From Smithellaceae bacterium (GTDB taxonomy: Bacteria > Desulfobacterota > Syntrophia > Syntrophales > Smithellaceae), in the NCBI GenBank assembly GCA_963667845.2, contig CAXXVL010000002.1:544001-608000 (forward strand): 64,000 bases of DNA, read 5' to 3'. Within the stretch, counting starts at the first letter, position 1; each line of letters starts with the position of its first letter. This document shows, piece after piece, positions 18,112 to 27,370 of the stretch. Under the pieces are notes generated by a model that saw only the letters and a list, made by a program, of their open reading frames with translations, searched no databases and was not told the origin of the DNA. A program made the translations under genes and the position numbers.

Positions 18112-19571
18112 CCTTCTTCACCGCGAACTTCCTTTAAACTCCGACAAGAAATCCATGACCAGAAGACATCCATTTCATCAGGGTCATTGCGCTTGAGTTT
18201 CCTAAATAGCATATTGAAGATTAACTTATTCTTCATACAGAAATCATTATCTGGGCGTTTTCCCATAATGTCGCCTGTCTCGAGATAATTTCGAACAGGG
18301 TCGGCACCGCAGTAGGTGCGGTATACACAAGAGCTGCAATAAGGTAAAACTTCGACACATGACTTACTTACAATCTCGCGGAGCAGGGCTCCCCCAAAAA
18401 TGCTTTCATATGAGTCTTTGAAAACGTTTCCAAGACAGAAACGGCGGTCGCCCATTCTTGCGAGCATCCGCGCTTCATCTGCGGGAAAAACATCTCCATT
18501 GTGGTCATAGATCGCACCTGAAATGCCAGCTCCCGACGGAGATTGGAGATCGACGAAACCTGTGGAAAAAGGTGTCAGGATGCGGGTAAGCAATAGGTTT
18601 GTATAGAACTCTACAAATCTTGTGCCGTTAAGATTCAGTTTGATGATGAAATCAAGAGCCTTTTCGAAATTCTCAACAAAATGCTCTACCGGATACCCAA
18701 GATGCTCCGCATTCATGGCTGCTAAGCCATATGGATTGAGTGACCTGATGAATATCCCATTGAAGCCAAGTTTAACATACTCTTCGATAACTTCTTGTAG
18801 ATGATCTATATTATCAATAGTTGTCGTCATGAGGGCGTTCACCTCACCACGAAGGAGGATGTCGAAAGCCTTGTAGATGTTCTTGATGACAGTGTCGTAA
18901 GTACCGCCACCGTTTCTTAATATCCGGTTCTTGTCATGAAGATCACGAGGGCCATCAAGAGAAGTCGATATGTGGATGCCATGTTCTTTAAAGAACATTA
19001 GCTGTTGCGTGTTAATCTTGACGAGGTTGGTGCAGACAACGAAATCAAGATCCTTCCGGTATTTTTGGTTAACCTTCTCCGCATAAAGGACAGTCTCCTT
19101 TAGTGTCACCCAGTTAAGGGTAGGCTCGCCGCCCTGGAACTCTATTTTTATGGAACGTGATGGAGACTTGAATATATAGTCAACAACACGTCGAGCCACA
19201 TCAGGGGACATATCGAAGCCTTTCGCGTCATCATCCTCGGCGCTCACTTGGCAGTATGAACAATCATTGCAGCACTTAAGTGTTATCACCATCATGTGAA
19301 GGACAGTGAAATCTGATATAAATTTTTTCCGAGTCCGATACTTTGCAGAAACCATCTCCAACGTTTCCGATAAGTGTTCCGTATTCAGAAAATGCTTGCT
19401 CTTCAAGTCATAGTAGCAAGGCGAGGCAGAGGTTAGGTCGCCGTGTGTAAACTTTTTAAAATCGCCATACCCAAGGAAGATGTATTCACCACTTTCATTG
19501 ACGAGTAAGTAATCATCTTTATCAAAGCGAGAGAACTGGAATGGAAGTATATATTGTCTTTGTTGGTTCAC
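18108..19571 (-). CDS. hxsB: His-Xaa-Ser system radical SAM/SPASM maturase
   Basis: VITLKCCNDCSYCQVS, KIEFQGGEP, VDLQSPSGAGI, VFPADEARMLA, CxxC....CGADPV. Confidence 0.9.
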   Translation of the reverse strand: MNQQRQYILPFQFSRFDKDDYLLVNESGEYIFLGYGDFKKFTHGDLTSASPCYYDLKSKHFLNTEHLSETLEMVSAKYRTRKKFISDFTVLHMMVITLKCCNDCSYCQVSAEDDDAKGFDMSPDVARRVVDYIFKSPSRSIKIEFQGGEPTLNWVTLKETVLYAEKVNQKYRKDLDFVVCTNLVKINTQQLMFFKEHGIHISTSLDGPRDLHDKNRILRNGGGTYDTVIKNIYKAFDILLRGEVNALMTTTIDNIDHLQEVIEEYVKLGFNGIFIRSLNPYGLAAMNAEHLGYPVEHFVENFEKALDFIIKLNLNGTRFVEFYTNLLLTRILTPFSTGFVDLQSPSGAGISGAIYDHNGDVFPADEARMLARMGDRRFCLGNVFKDSYESIFGGALLREIVSKSCVEVLPYCSSCVYRTYCGADPVRNYLETGDIMGKRPDNDFCMKNKLIFNMLFRKLKRNDPDEMDVFWSWISCRSLKEVRGEEG

Positions 19572-19912
19572 AGAGCTTTTGTTTCCTTTTTAAGGTCAAG
19601 AGGTGAGAAAGCATGCGCGACGATAAGATCGCGTATTTTACCATTGGATTTATCAAGCTGAAGGCGGACTTGATGATCTATGAGTGAGTTAGCAAAATCT
19701 TTCATATCTTCACTGATATCCATAGCCCTGTCTTTCGCTTCAAAGATAATAATCACCGTAGCGTCAGTGCTGGGGGTTATTAGGATATGGTAGCTGCCTG
19801 AATATTTATAAGTAGCCGCGTGAATTGCTTCGAGGCTGTAAACACTGGTGTTAACGGTTATGTTGCTCCGTCTGGAATCGGATTGACAAATGAAATCTGA
19901 TATTGCTTGCAT
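19568..19912 (-). CDS. hxsD: His-Xaa-Ser system protein HxsD
   Basis: VYSLEAIHAATYKYS...FANSLIDHQVR...IRDLIVAHAF; overlaps the hxsB start. Confidence 0.82.
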   Translation of the reverse strand: MQAISDFICQSDSRRSNITVNTSVYSLEAIHAATYKYSGSYHILITPSTDATVIIIFEAKDRAMDISEDMKDFANSLIDHQVRLQLDKSNGKIRDLIVAHAFSPLDLKKETKAL

Positions 19913-19924
19913 ACCTTGCCTCTA

Positions 19925-20230
19925 TTATTCGTTTTTTCTTGTGATGCACTCATTACATTGGTTTAATTGCCGGTGATATTCTTCGCAACCCTCATTAAAG
20001 GAGTCTGAATTACCATCACAGGCTCCTCCATTTTCCATTGCCCAATTAAAGCCTGCATCATGCCCACCACCGTCATTGTATGGATTATGAGGCTGAATAC
20101 ATGCTTGAATATTTCTTGAAGTTACCTCGCCCGAATCCGAACTTGATGAGCCCTTCTCACAGCCACAAAAGAAAATAGTCAAAACAAAAACAACAAACAA
20201 CAAATCAGACACTTTGAATCTTGTTGTCAC
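19925..20230 (-). CDS. Small Cys-rich lipoprotein
   Basis: FFCGC lipobox; GHDAGFNWA...CDGNSDSFNEGCEEY; stop lies 12 nt before hxsD. Confidence 0.7.
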   Translation of the reverse strand: MTTRFKVSDLLFVVFVLTIFFCGCEKGSSSSDSGEVTSRNIQACIQPHNPYNDGGGHDAGFNWAMENGGACDGNSDSFNEGCEEYHRQLNQCNECITRKNE

Positions 20231-20803
20231 TTCATCCCCTCTTTCAATTATTTTTATGGCTTTTATGGCAAAATGCAGATCTGAGGAAAAACATACCCTC
20301 GATTATTTTGAATATCAACAATTTTGTCTTAGTATTTAATGTTAACTTTCACTAACAATCCAAAATGATATTTAAGATTCAAAATACAGGAAATAAATTT
20401 AACTTGTGATAACTTATTATAATTAAAGAAATTATTTCAATGATATTAAGTTTCATATAAAAGTTAATATTAGACCATGAGACCATGAGCTGTGTAAGCT
20501 TAAGATCGATAGCACATGGCACAGCATATTTCATATTGGAATAAATTGAATCAAAGAATGTATTATTACCATAGAAGGTTTATTTCCGCGTGTTATCGCA
20601 CTAGATAGATTGTATAAATTTTACGGCCATCATCTTTAATCCATGCTCTATGATACGCGAAAAGCCTGGAATATGCACTTAACTGATATTATATGACAAT
20701 TATCTTGACTAATAAATTGCGTTCATTTAAACACTTACGTGAAACGGATAGATCATCAAATCATAATAAGTGAATTTTGTATATTAATTGTCAGGCATCC
20801 CCT

Positions 20804-21574
20804 ATGACAGAACTTACAAAAGTCAAACAGCGGCTTCAAGCTATCACACAAAATTTTGATAGTAACGCAGATCTGGTATCTAATTTAATGAGCTTTGATC
20901 GTATCATCCTCGATCTATGTATCAACAATCTCGAAACATTAGATGCAAAGCTCCGTATAAAACAGAATATAAGCAATCCTATCTATCTTCCTACCAAAAC
21001 CATTTCCTTGCTCAAGAACATCCGAACAAACGACTCACTTAGATCGCAATACGAAACAATATTCAATCAAGCCTTAGTTCTCCTTGTCTCCCATTTCAGT
21101 TCTGCACTGCATGACATGTTTAAGACTTCTCTCAAGATGTTTCTTGACAAAAGTTCAGAGCCAAAGATCCTTAAAGAGGAAATCAAGGTGTCTCTTGAGG
21201 AACTAAAAGAAAAGAACTACGATTTATCAGAGGACATTGCGAATGTCGTTATAGCGAAAAAGGACTATAGCTTCCAAGATATGCAGAGTACCAAGAAAGC
21301 ATTCGAAGAATGTTTTAGCTACTCTCCCGAAAAGACAATGGACGTCAACAACATCATATTAGCACAGGCCGCACGACACATTATCGTACATTCCAGCGCA
21401 ATAGCTGACAAACGCTTTCTGCGACAGATTTCGGGCGCAGTTCCAAGGTCCATAAAACAGACTGTGCAGCAGGAAACACAGATAAGCTTCAATCCAACCG
21501 AGGTCGAGATCATATCGGCAAGCATGAAAATTTATCTGGGAAATGTAATGAATGCACTAGTAAATAGGCTCTAA
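20804..21574 (+). CDS. HEPN-domain protein (putative RNase)
   Basis: All-helical; SFQ motif and RHIIVH (Rx4H) near the C-terminus. Confidence 0.6.
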   Translation: MTELTKVKQRLQAITQNFDSNADLVSNLMSFDRIILDLCINNLETLDAKLRIKQNISNPIYLPTKTISLLKNIRTNDSLRSQYETIFNQALVLLVSHFSSALHDMFKTSLKMFLDKSSEPKILKEEIKVSLEELKEKNYDLSEDIANVVIAKKDYSFQDMQSTKKAFEECFSYSPEKTMDVNNIILAQAARHIIVHSSAIADKRFLRQISGAVPRSIKQTVQQETQISFNPTEVEIISASMKIYLGNVMNALVNRL

Positions 21575-21617
21575 TATATAGATAAAAACATACTAGCTTG
21601 CATCTGGCAATAATATT

Positions 21618-22673
21618 GTGAATGACATAAAGAATAAATTTATCAACCTTAAGGTCACTTTTAGAAAAAAATACTGGCCTGATCCAGTATGGAGCAAAGT
21701 AATATCTGCTGGCATTATTGCTATTCTTGGTTTTATATTCTTAAATTTATATGCAGGGCTTACTAGTGTTATTAGCAATGTCCCTTTTAAGTCAGTGGTC
21801 ATTCAGATGGTTGACTACTTCAAATTATCAACAGAAGTTAACAATTTATTCTTTTGGTTTTTAATCTTAATACTTGTCGTTGCCTTATTCAGTTTTTTTT
21901 GGTCATTTATAATTGCTATTATTTCAAAAATAAAATCATACAAGCTTGGTGCCGACGATATTGAAAAACAAGCTAAGCAACCGCCAATAGCTGGATCGCC
22001 TTCGGATTTTTTTTCAAGCAGACTTGCCGAAGCATTTCCAGGGCAGCGTGGGCTTTCGTGGTATGAACCGAAAATAGCTGTTCAGCGATTAAGAATATTA
22101 TTTCGGGAGCCTTTGAAATGCAGGATTATCGGACAAGAGGGAGTATGTGAACCCATTTGGTGGTTTAGGGGTGGAAGCGATCTGTCAATAAATAGATTCG
22201 ATGTGCTTTCTAAAACAAAAATCCTTCTTGGCACAAAAGAATTAGAACTTAAAAGTATTGCAGTCTATGTAAACTCTTCAGGTTATAAGTCATTCATATA
22301 TTTAGAAGTAAAATCAGAAAAACAAACCGGGCTATACAATCTGACGCAGATACAAATAGACAACCATATAAAAGAATTTGGCTATAGCTGGGAAGAATAT
22401 GGGCTCTTAAACAATAAACCAATAAGCAGAGCAGAGTACGATGATGGTTCAGCTGTAATAAAAGACAAAGTCGTGGATGCTTCAAAGGCTGAATTAAGAG
22501 AAAGATTTCTGTCCAACTATAATTTAGTTATTGCCGCTCATGGGTCAGCATATAGCTCGAATAAGTTTTTAAAAGAAACCGAAAAGATGTTCAACGACTT
22601 ACTAACCGGTAAAATGACAGCAGAAATTTTTTTTAAATATTTAGAAACATTAAAGAGAGAAAGATTTTACTGA
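21618..22673 (+). CDS. Hypothetical protein with two N-terminal TM helices (gene cassette)
   Basis: DPVWSKVISAGI TM segment and a second hydrophobic segment; followed by attC. Confidence 0.7.
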   Translation: MNDIKNKFINLKVTFRKKYWPDPVWSKVISAGIIAILGFIFLNLYAGLTSVISNVPFKSVVIQMVDYFKLSTEVNNLFFWFLILILVVALFSFFWSFIIAIISKIKSYKLGADDIEKQAKQPPIAGSPSDFFSSRLAEAFPGQRGLSWYEPKIAVQRLRILFREPLKCRIIGQEGVCEPIWWFRGGSDLSINRFDVLSKTKILLGTKELELKSIAVYVNSSGYKSFIYLEVKSEKQTGLYNLTQIQIDNHIKEFGYSWEEYGLLNNKPISRAEYDDGSAVIKDKVVDASKAELRERFLSNYNLVIAAHGSAYSSNKFLKETEKMFNDLLTGKMTAEIFFKYLETLKRERFY

Positions 22674-22682
22674 AATCAATAA

Positions 22683-22737
22683 GCATAACCGATTGTTTCA
22701 CCCGATCGCTACGCTCCAGGTGAACTTTTCGTTATTT
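22683..22737 (+). mobile_element. Integron attC site (55 bp, canonical)
   Basis: GCATAAC-CGATT-GTTTCACC-CGATCGCTACGCTCCA-GGTGAAC-TTTTC-GTTATTT = R''-5-L''-VTS-L'-5-R', with an extrahelical T. Confidence 0.85.
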
Positions 22738-22756
22738 TTAAGAGGAGAATGCTGAA

Positions 22757-23215
22757 ATGAACTATTGGCGAATGCAGTTACATCCTAATGAAGCAGGAAG
22801 TGCAGCCTATTATGCGTCACAAAGTTTGTCAGCTGGTTTTATTGGGTTGGATTTTGCAGCAGCTGTCGGAGACCTGCTTGCAGAGGAGCATCAAAACATC
22901 CTGAATACTCAAAAGGACTACGTGGCTTTTGCCAAAGATATGAAGAAGGATGACAAGGTCCTTATAATTGTGCATCATTTTCCATTCGCCGTTGTAACTG
23001 TAAATGGGGATTACAATTATATTAGAAGACGAGAGATAGAATTGGGTGTTTGGTTTAGGCACTTCAGAAGAGTTAAGGACGTTCTCTATTTTGCAGACTT
23101 TAACACAAATGCAAGATCATGGGAGCAGTATATCATGACTGATGCCATTTCACCCTTGCATGATCCAAACTCCAAGTCTTTTAAGCTTATAGAAGAAATG
23201 ACAAAAAGAACATAA
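22757..23215 (+). CDS. PUA/EVE-like hypothetical protein (gene cassette)
   Basis: MNYWRMQL...FAKDMKKDDKVLI...VNGDYNY...FRHFRRV, resembling N-terminal reader domains of modification-dependent restriction enzymes; bounded by attC sites. Confidence 0.55.
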   Translation: MNYWRMQLHPNEAGSAAYYASQSLSAGFIGLDFAAAVGDLLAEEHQNILNTQKDYVAFAKDMKKDDKVLIIVHHFPFAVVTVNGDYNYIRRREIELGVWFRHFRRVKDVLYFADFNTNARSWEQYIMTDAISPLHDPNSKSFKLIEEMTKRT

Positions 23216-23265
23216 CAAAGGCCATGCAGCCGATCTATACGCTCCGGTTCATTACTTCGTTTAAC
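23210..23265 (+). mobile_element. Degenerate attC site
   Basis: ACATAAC (contains the ORF stop)...CATGCAGC-CGATCTATACGCTCCG-GTTCATT-ACTTC-GTTTAAC. Confidence 0.65.
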
Positions 23266-23371
23266 CTTATAACCGGTAATCGTCAACCGTCTTTATTCCA
23301 CGAAAGTGTGGACTCGTGTGTTTGCTGTATAAATTTGATAACCGCACACAATAATCCGCTTTAATATAATA

Positions 23372-23409
23372 ATTAAATATTAAGTTTTAGGTAAAACTTA
23401 ATATTTAAT
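23372..23409. repeat. 18-bp perfect inverted repeat with 2-nt spacer
   Basis: ATTAAATATTAAGTTTTA-GG-TAAAACTTAATATTTAAT. Confidence 0.85.
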
Positions 23410-23741
23410 GAGATTGGGCTTTAGAAAGTGATGAAGAAAGACAACACATTTAAATCCTCTTTAGCCTCGGTTCATATCATATTGGGTTTGAGCGAGATCG
23501 CTTGTCCTGCTTGATTTTGCAAGAAATCCCATAGGGTTTATTGCTGCGCTAGCCATAGCTTATTGGATGACAGAACTATATTGTCTATAATGCATTGATG
23601 GATGTTAAATCGTAGTTCATCGTAATTCTTGTTCTTTCGTTCTACAATTTTATGATACATTACAATCAGTAATTGCTGTGTGATCCTCATTCATGAAGGC
23701 CCGCGTCGTATTCAATATTAAATTTGTGAAGAGAGGGAAAA

Positions 23742-24281
23742 ATGATTTCTCAAAATAATTCGGATTTTAATAGCATTTTAGATGCTGCTGAAAATGGGAA
23801 TGCTGTCGCTCAATATGACCTTTGCTGTATGTATATGGGAGGCAAGAAAGTTGATAAAGATTACAGCATGGCATTTAAGTGGTGCAGCAAAGCGGCGGAG
23901 CAGGGGCACGCTGATGCACAATTATTACTTGGTGCTTTTTATTTTCAAGGCAAAGCAGTTGACCGGGATCGTAGAGAGGCAATTAAATGGTTCAAGAAAT
24001 CAGCTGAGCAAGGACAAGTGCGGGGGCAATTCCTAACGGGGATTGCTTATTTTGGCGGCAGTGTAATTGAAAAAGATCATGATGAAGCAACAAGGTGGTT
24101 CCTGAAAGCTGCCGAACAAGACCATGCTAAGTCACAATATTATTTGGGTCTCATATATTCTGACAAGGATTGTCGCGAGGCAGCAAAATGGTTCACAAGG
24201 GCCGCAGAGCAGGGGAATAAGGACGCCATAAAGCTTATAAGCGAGGTAGCCTCTTTGAGCGCAACCTCCGTTACAGAATGA
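23742..24281 (+). CDS. Sel1-repeat protein
   Basis: Repeated AQxxLGxxY...A.KWF.KAAEQG. Confidence 0.92.
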   Translation: MISQNNSDFNSILDAAENGNAVAQYDLCCMYMGGKKVDKDYSMAFKWCSKAAEQGHADAQLLLGAFYFQGKAVDRDRREAIKWFKKSAEQGQVRGQFLTGIAYFGGSVIEKDHDEATRWFLKAAEQDHAKSQYYLGLIYSDKDCREAAKWFTRAAEQGNKDAIKLISEVASLSATSVTE

Positions 24282-24438
24282 AAAATTCAGCGAGTGACTT
24301 TATTTAATAAATTGTGAAACGTTGTAAAGGATTCTAATAAATTAATCAATAGCACGCATTGTTATTTTAATACCCTTGATAAGACCGTATAAAGTTTTAA
24401 AATGTAAAATAGCGAGACAATTTATTTGTTGGAAATAA

Positions 24439-25209
24439 TTAATGATAATTATTTAATCCGGGATAATCCAAAGTATAATCAAATTTGGCTTCTTCATTAA
24501 ATTCAGATTCACGACCAAGTATTATCTGCTGGCAGGATTGTTTTCTCAGAAAAGTATTGATGCCATGCCTAAAGTTTGAGTCAAACCTTGCATAGGGAGC
24601 ATCAAATACGGCCGGGAGGTCGAGGTTCAATTCTTTGCGAACTGCAAACCAATAAGCGTATCCAAGACAGATTCGTTCATCGCCGGACATAATATCAGGG
24701 TTTATATCTTCATGGGTATTTCTTTTCCGGGATAGCATCTCATGGAATAATGCGCATGCCTCATCTTTAACGGTTTCCAACTCCCGATGACTGAGCATAT
24801 CTAAAAACGGAGCTTCTTGGTCGAATGTCAATAATTCTAGGAATTCGTCGTCAAAAAAAATGAGTCGGTTATATTCTTTAATGAGATTACGATTACCTTC
24901 TGTTATAACCGTAGCGGCCATTTCAGAGCTTTTTAATTGAGAATTCGGCTTCGTTCCTTTGACTGGGCCGAGGCTTGCAAGAGCATTTGCGATGGTACTT
25001 TTTCCGGTGCCGCCGGTACCAACAATGATAGTGCGATGGCGGTTAAAATCGAATTCATTTGCACCTCGAAAAACGCCGTAATCATTGAGATGCAATTTTA
25101 CGAAATGAACAAAATTAGATAGAGATTCAACATGACCTTCTTGAATTTGTTTCGTCAGTCCACTGCATATTATGGTTTTTTTCTTTGTTTTAATCATCAA
25201 TGTTTGCAA
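24439..25209 (-). CDS. Rad50/DndD-like ABC-ATPase head without a long coiled coil (start uncertain)
   Basis: LNDYGVFRG, Walker A GTGGTGKST, MSGDER signature, LPAVFDAPYARFD, QQIIL. Confidence 0.6.
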   Translation of the reverse strand: MQTLMIKTKKKTIICSGLTKQIQEGHVESLSNFVHFVKLHLNDYGVFRGANEFDFNRHRTIIVGTGGTGKSTIANALASLGPVKGTKPNSQLKSSEMAATVITEGNRNLIKEYNRLIFFDDEFLELLTFDQEAPFLDMLSHRELETVKDEACALFHEMLSRKRNTHEDINPDIMSGDERICLGYAYWFAVRKELNLDLPAVFDAPYARFDSNFRHGINTFLRKQSCQQIILGRESEFNEEAKFDYTLDYPGLNNYH

Positions 25210-26204
25210 AAGTATTCAACTTTATTTCCTTTAAAATAAGGGGTCTTCATACCGTTAATCGCGTCATTTGAAAATTTCAACTTCTGGCCAGTACATGGGA
25301 TACAACATTCGCTTAAGAGAAATTGCTCATCACCTTTGTTAATCAAAATATTCCATGAATAGCCGCAACTACCGCTAGATCCTTCGAATGTGTAAAGGAT
25401 ATCTTCTCTCCCGTCATTGTCGATGTCAAATCTTGCGACTTTAAATTGTTTTGCATATTCTGGTTCAATTTTGTCATGCTGAAGTATTATTTTTACTGTA
25501 GCATCAGAATTGGGAACGTCAATTAACTTCACTTCGCTTGGGTCTTTGCTAGATTTAGAATTATCATTGTCATGTTGTACTAAGGAGCAATCTTCCATTA
25601 GGACATTCATCATTAATCCCTTTACACGTCCTTGGATTGTGATGATATCTCCTTTGTTAAGTTGTGACACATTTGAAGAATATTTGTCATGAAAAAAACA
25701 CTGCGCCATTGGAATCTCAAATCGTTGTCCTGTTCCAAGCGTAACGTATATGCGATCGACTATGTCTTTTTTTATGTCACCCACTCTACCAGTTATTTGA
25801 ATTATTTTGCTTCTATATACTGAATCAGCGCGCACTTCATTTTCTTTGTAGTGGGCAAGCAAGGTCGCGAGAGAAACTTCCTCAGGTTCCATTTCTTTGT
25901 GCCTGGCCGGGTTTGCATCTCTTCTCGAAATCCTTACAATGTTGTCAATAACATTTTTCGCCCCACTATCATTTGGATTCATTACGAATGCTTTCTCAGA
26001 ATCATTAGCATTGCTTGAAGTGGGGGAAGAGGACAATTTTTCATTTTGCTGCGCCATATAATAAATGATCGGCAGCACAAAGATAACCAATAGAGCCGCC
26101 CATATTTGTCTTCCTAGTGTCCATAAATATACTCCGCAGTGAGGGCATTGTCTGACTGATGAAGCAACTGGATTTCCACAGGTCTTACATCTCTTGAGGG
26201 TCAT
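25197..26204 (-). CDS. Zinc-ribbon + TM + OB-fold (tRNA_anti-like) membrane protein
   Basis: CKTCG...CPHCG; TM segment; LLAHYKENEVRADSVYRSKIIQITGRV...KGDIITIQG; DIDNDGREDI. Confidence 0.75.
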   Translation of the reverse strand: MTLKRCKTCGNPVASSVRQCPHCGVYLWTLGRQIWAALLVIFVLPIIYYMAQQNEKLSSSPTSSNANDSEKAFVMNPNDSGAKNVIDNIVRISRRDANPARHKEMEPEEVSLATLLAHYKENEVRADSVYRSKIIQITGRVGDIKKDIVDRIYVTLGTGQRFEIPMAQCFFHDKYSSNVSQLNKGDIITIQGRVKGLMMNVLMEDCSLVQHDNDNSKSSKDPSEVKLIDVPNSDATVKIILQHDKIEPEYAKQFKVARFDIDNDGREDILYTFEGSSGSCGYSWNILINKGDEQFLLSECCIPCTGQKLKFSNDAINGMKTPYFKGNKVEYFCKH

Positions 26205-26242
26205 AGAATCATTCCTTTCCAGAAATATTGATGCTATGCTTC

Positions 26243-26284
26243 ATTAAATGCAGATAACTGAATATCTATGTATCTGCATTTAAT
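26243..26284. promoter_or_regulatory. 14-bp inverted repeat in a divergent promoter region
   Basis: ATTAAATGCAGATA-N14-TATCTGCATTTAAT. Confidence 0.55.
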
Positions 26285-26392
26285 ATGGATTGGTATAATA
26301 TAATATTTTTAAATATTAAAATACAATAAAATTGATATCTATAGTCTATAGACCAACATCCTCCTTAACTATAAAGTTTCACTGGAGGAATT

Positions 26393-26719
26393 GTGGAAGA
26401 TATCAAATTATCGATTGGAAAACGGATCAGAGCTTTAAGAAAACAAAGAGGTCTTTCTCAGGAAGAACTGGGCTGGAAGGCTGAATTGCATTTTACCTAT
26501 ATCGGCGCTGTTGAAAGGGGAGAAAAGAATTGCTCCATTATCAGTTTAGAAAAAATCGCGAAAGGCCTAGAGGTAGACATTAAGGATCTTTTCAATACGC
26601 CATTTCAAAGGACAGATATCAGTAAACTTAAAAAAGAGATCAGTAAAAAAATAACTTCATTATCTCTGCCAGAACTGGTAATTTTCAGAGAAATATTGAA
26701 GCTCATTGATAGCAAATAA
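26393..26719 (+). CDS. XRE-family HTH regulator, similar to restriction-modification controller (C) proteins
   Basis: IGKRIRALRKQRGLSQEELG...TYIGAVERGEKNCSIISLEKIAKGLEV. Confidence 0.88.
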   Translation: MEDIKLSIGKRIRALRKQRGLSQEELGWKAELHFTYIGAVERGEKNCSIISLEKIAKGLEVDIKDLFNTPFQRTDISKLKKEISKKITSLSLPELVIFREILKLIDSK

Positions 26720-26978
26720 AAAATTTAGAGCATTTTCTTTCATATTATCGGAACAATCACGCCATCTTTTCTTCCCCATCATTATACATGATCTTTTTCT
26801 TTTCAGCGATAAAAGCTATGGATGATCCCACTTCTTTGAAAAAACCATGCCTATATGAGCTTTTTTGGCGAAATAAGGATATTTATAGACGGCCTTTTAA
26901 TGATGCATATCCGCTAAATCCCGTTCTACCATCCGGCCATAATAATCTCTAATCTGTTAGCATGATTGTTGAGCAATT

Positions 26979-27293
26979 CTATTTCTTCGTGACAAGAAAA
27001 GGTTTTCTGTCATTCACCGCACAAAAACCTTCCTTAATTAATAGAGGAACGACATAGCTCAATGTTTGAGGAGAATACCCTTGCTTGAGCAGAGATTCCC
27101 CAATTGAATCCTTCGAGGGGTTGTCTCGGCAGGCTCCCATTAATACGGGGCTTCTTCTGGTGATCTCTGACTTTATTAGAGCAATACTGGCTTTTGATAT
27201 TTTAATATTCATTTTTTTGTGGATTATCAGTTCCTTATCCAGTGAGCCTTCATATTCGAAGTCTATGCCCATAAGCGTTCTTGATTGATTCAT
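26979..27293 (-). CDS. Hypothetical protein (gene cassette)
   Basis: 104-aa ORF starting 22 nt after an attC R' box, with GGAG RBS. Confidence 0.7.
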   Translation of the reverse strand: MNQSRTLMGIDFEYEGSLDKELIIHKKMNIKISKASIALIKSEITRRSPVLMGACRDNPSKDSIGESLLKQGYSPQTLSYVVPLLIKEGFCAVNDRKPFLVTKK

Positions 27294-27315
27294 TTATTGC
27301 TTCTCCATTCAATAT

Positions 27316-27370
27316 GCTTAACTACGACATCAGCCGGAGCGTAGCGATAGGCTGAAATCATTTTTTAGGC
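27316..27370 (-). mobile_element. Integron attC site (55 bp)
   Basis: GCCTAAA-AAATG-ATTTCAGC-CTATCGCTACGCTCCG-GCTGATG-TCGTA-GTTAAGC; the upstream ORF stop lies inside R''. Confidence 0.8.

Noticed and set aside
24439..25209. DNA phosphorothioation (dnd) system
   Set aside because: Only a short DndD-like ATPase is present; dndB, dndC and dndE are absent
26900..26975. attC after the 104-aa cassette
   Set aside because: A GCTCAAC R''-like box is present, but no convincing L' and GTTRRRY R' at the right spacing
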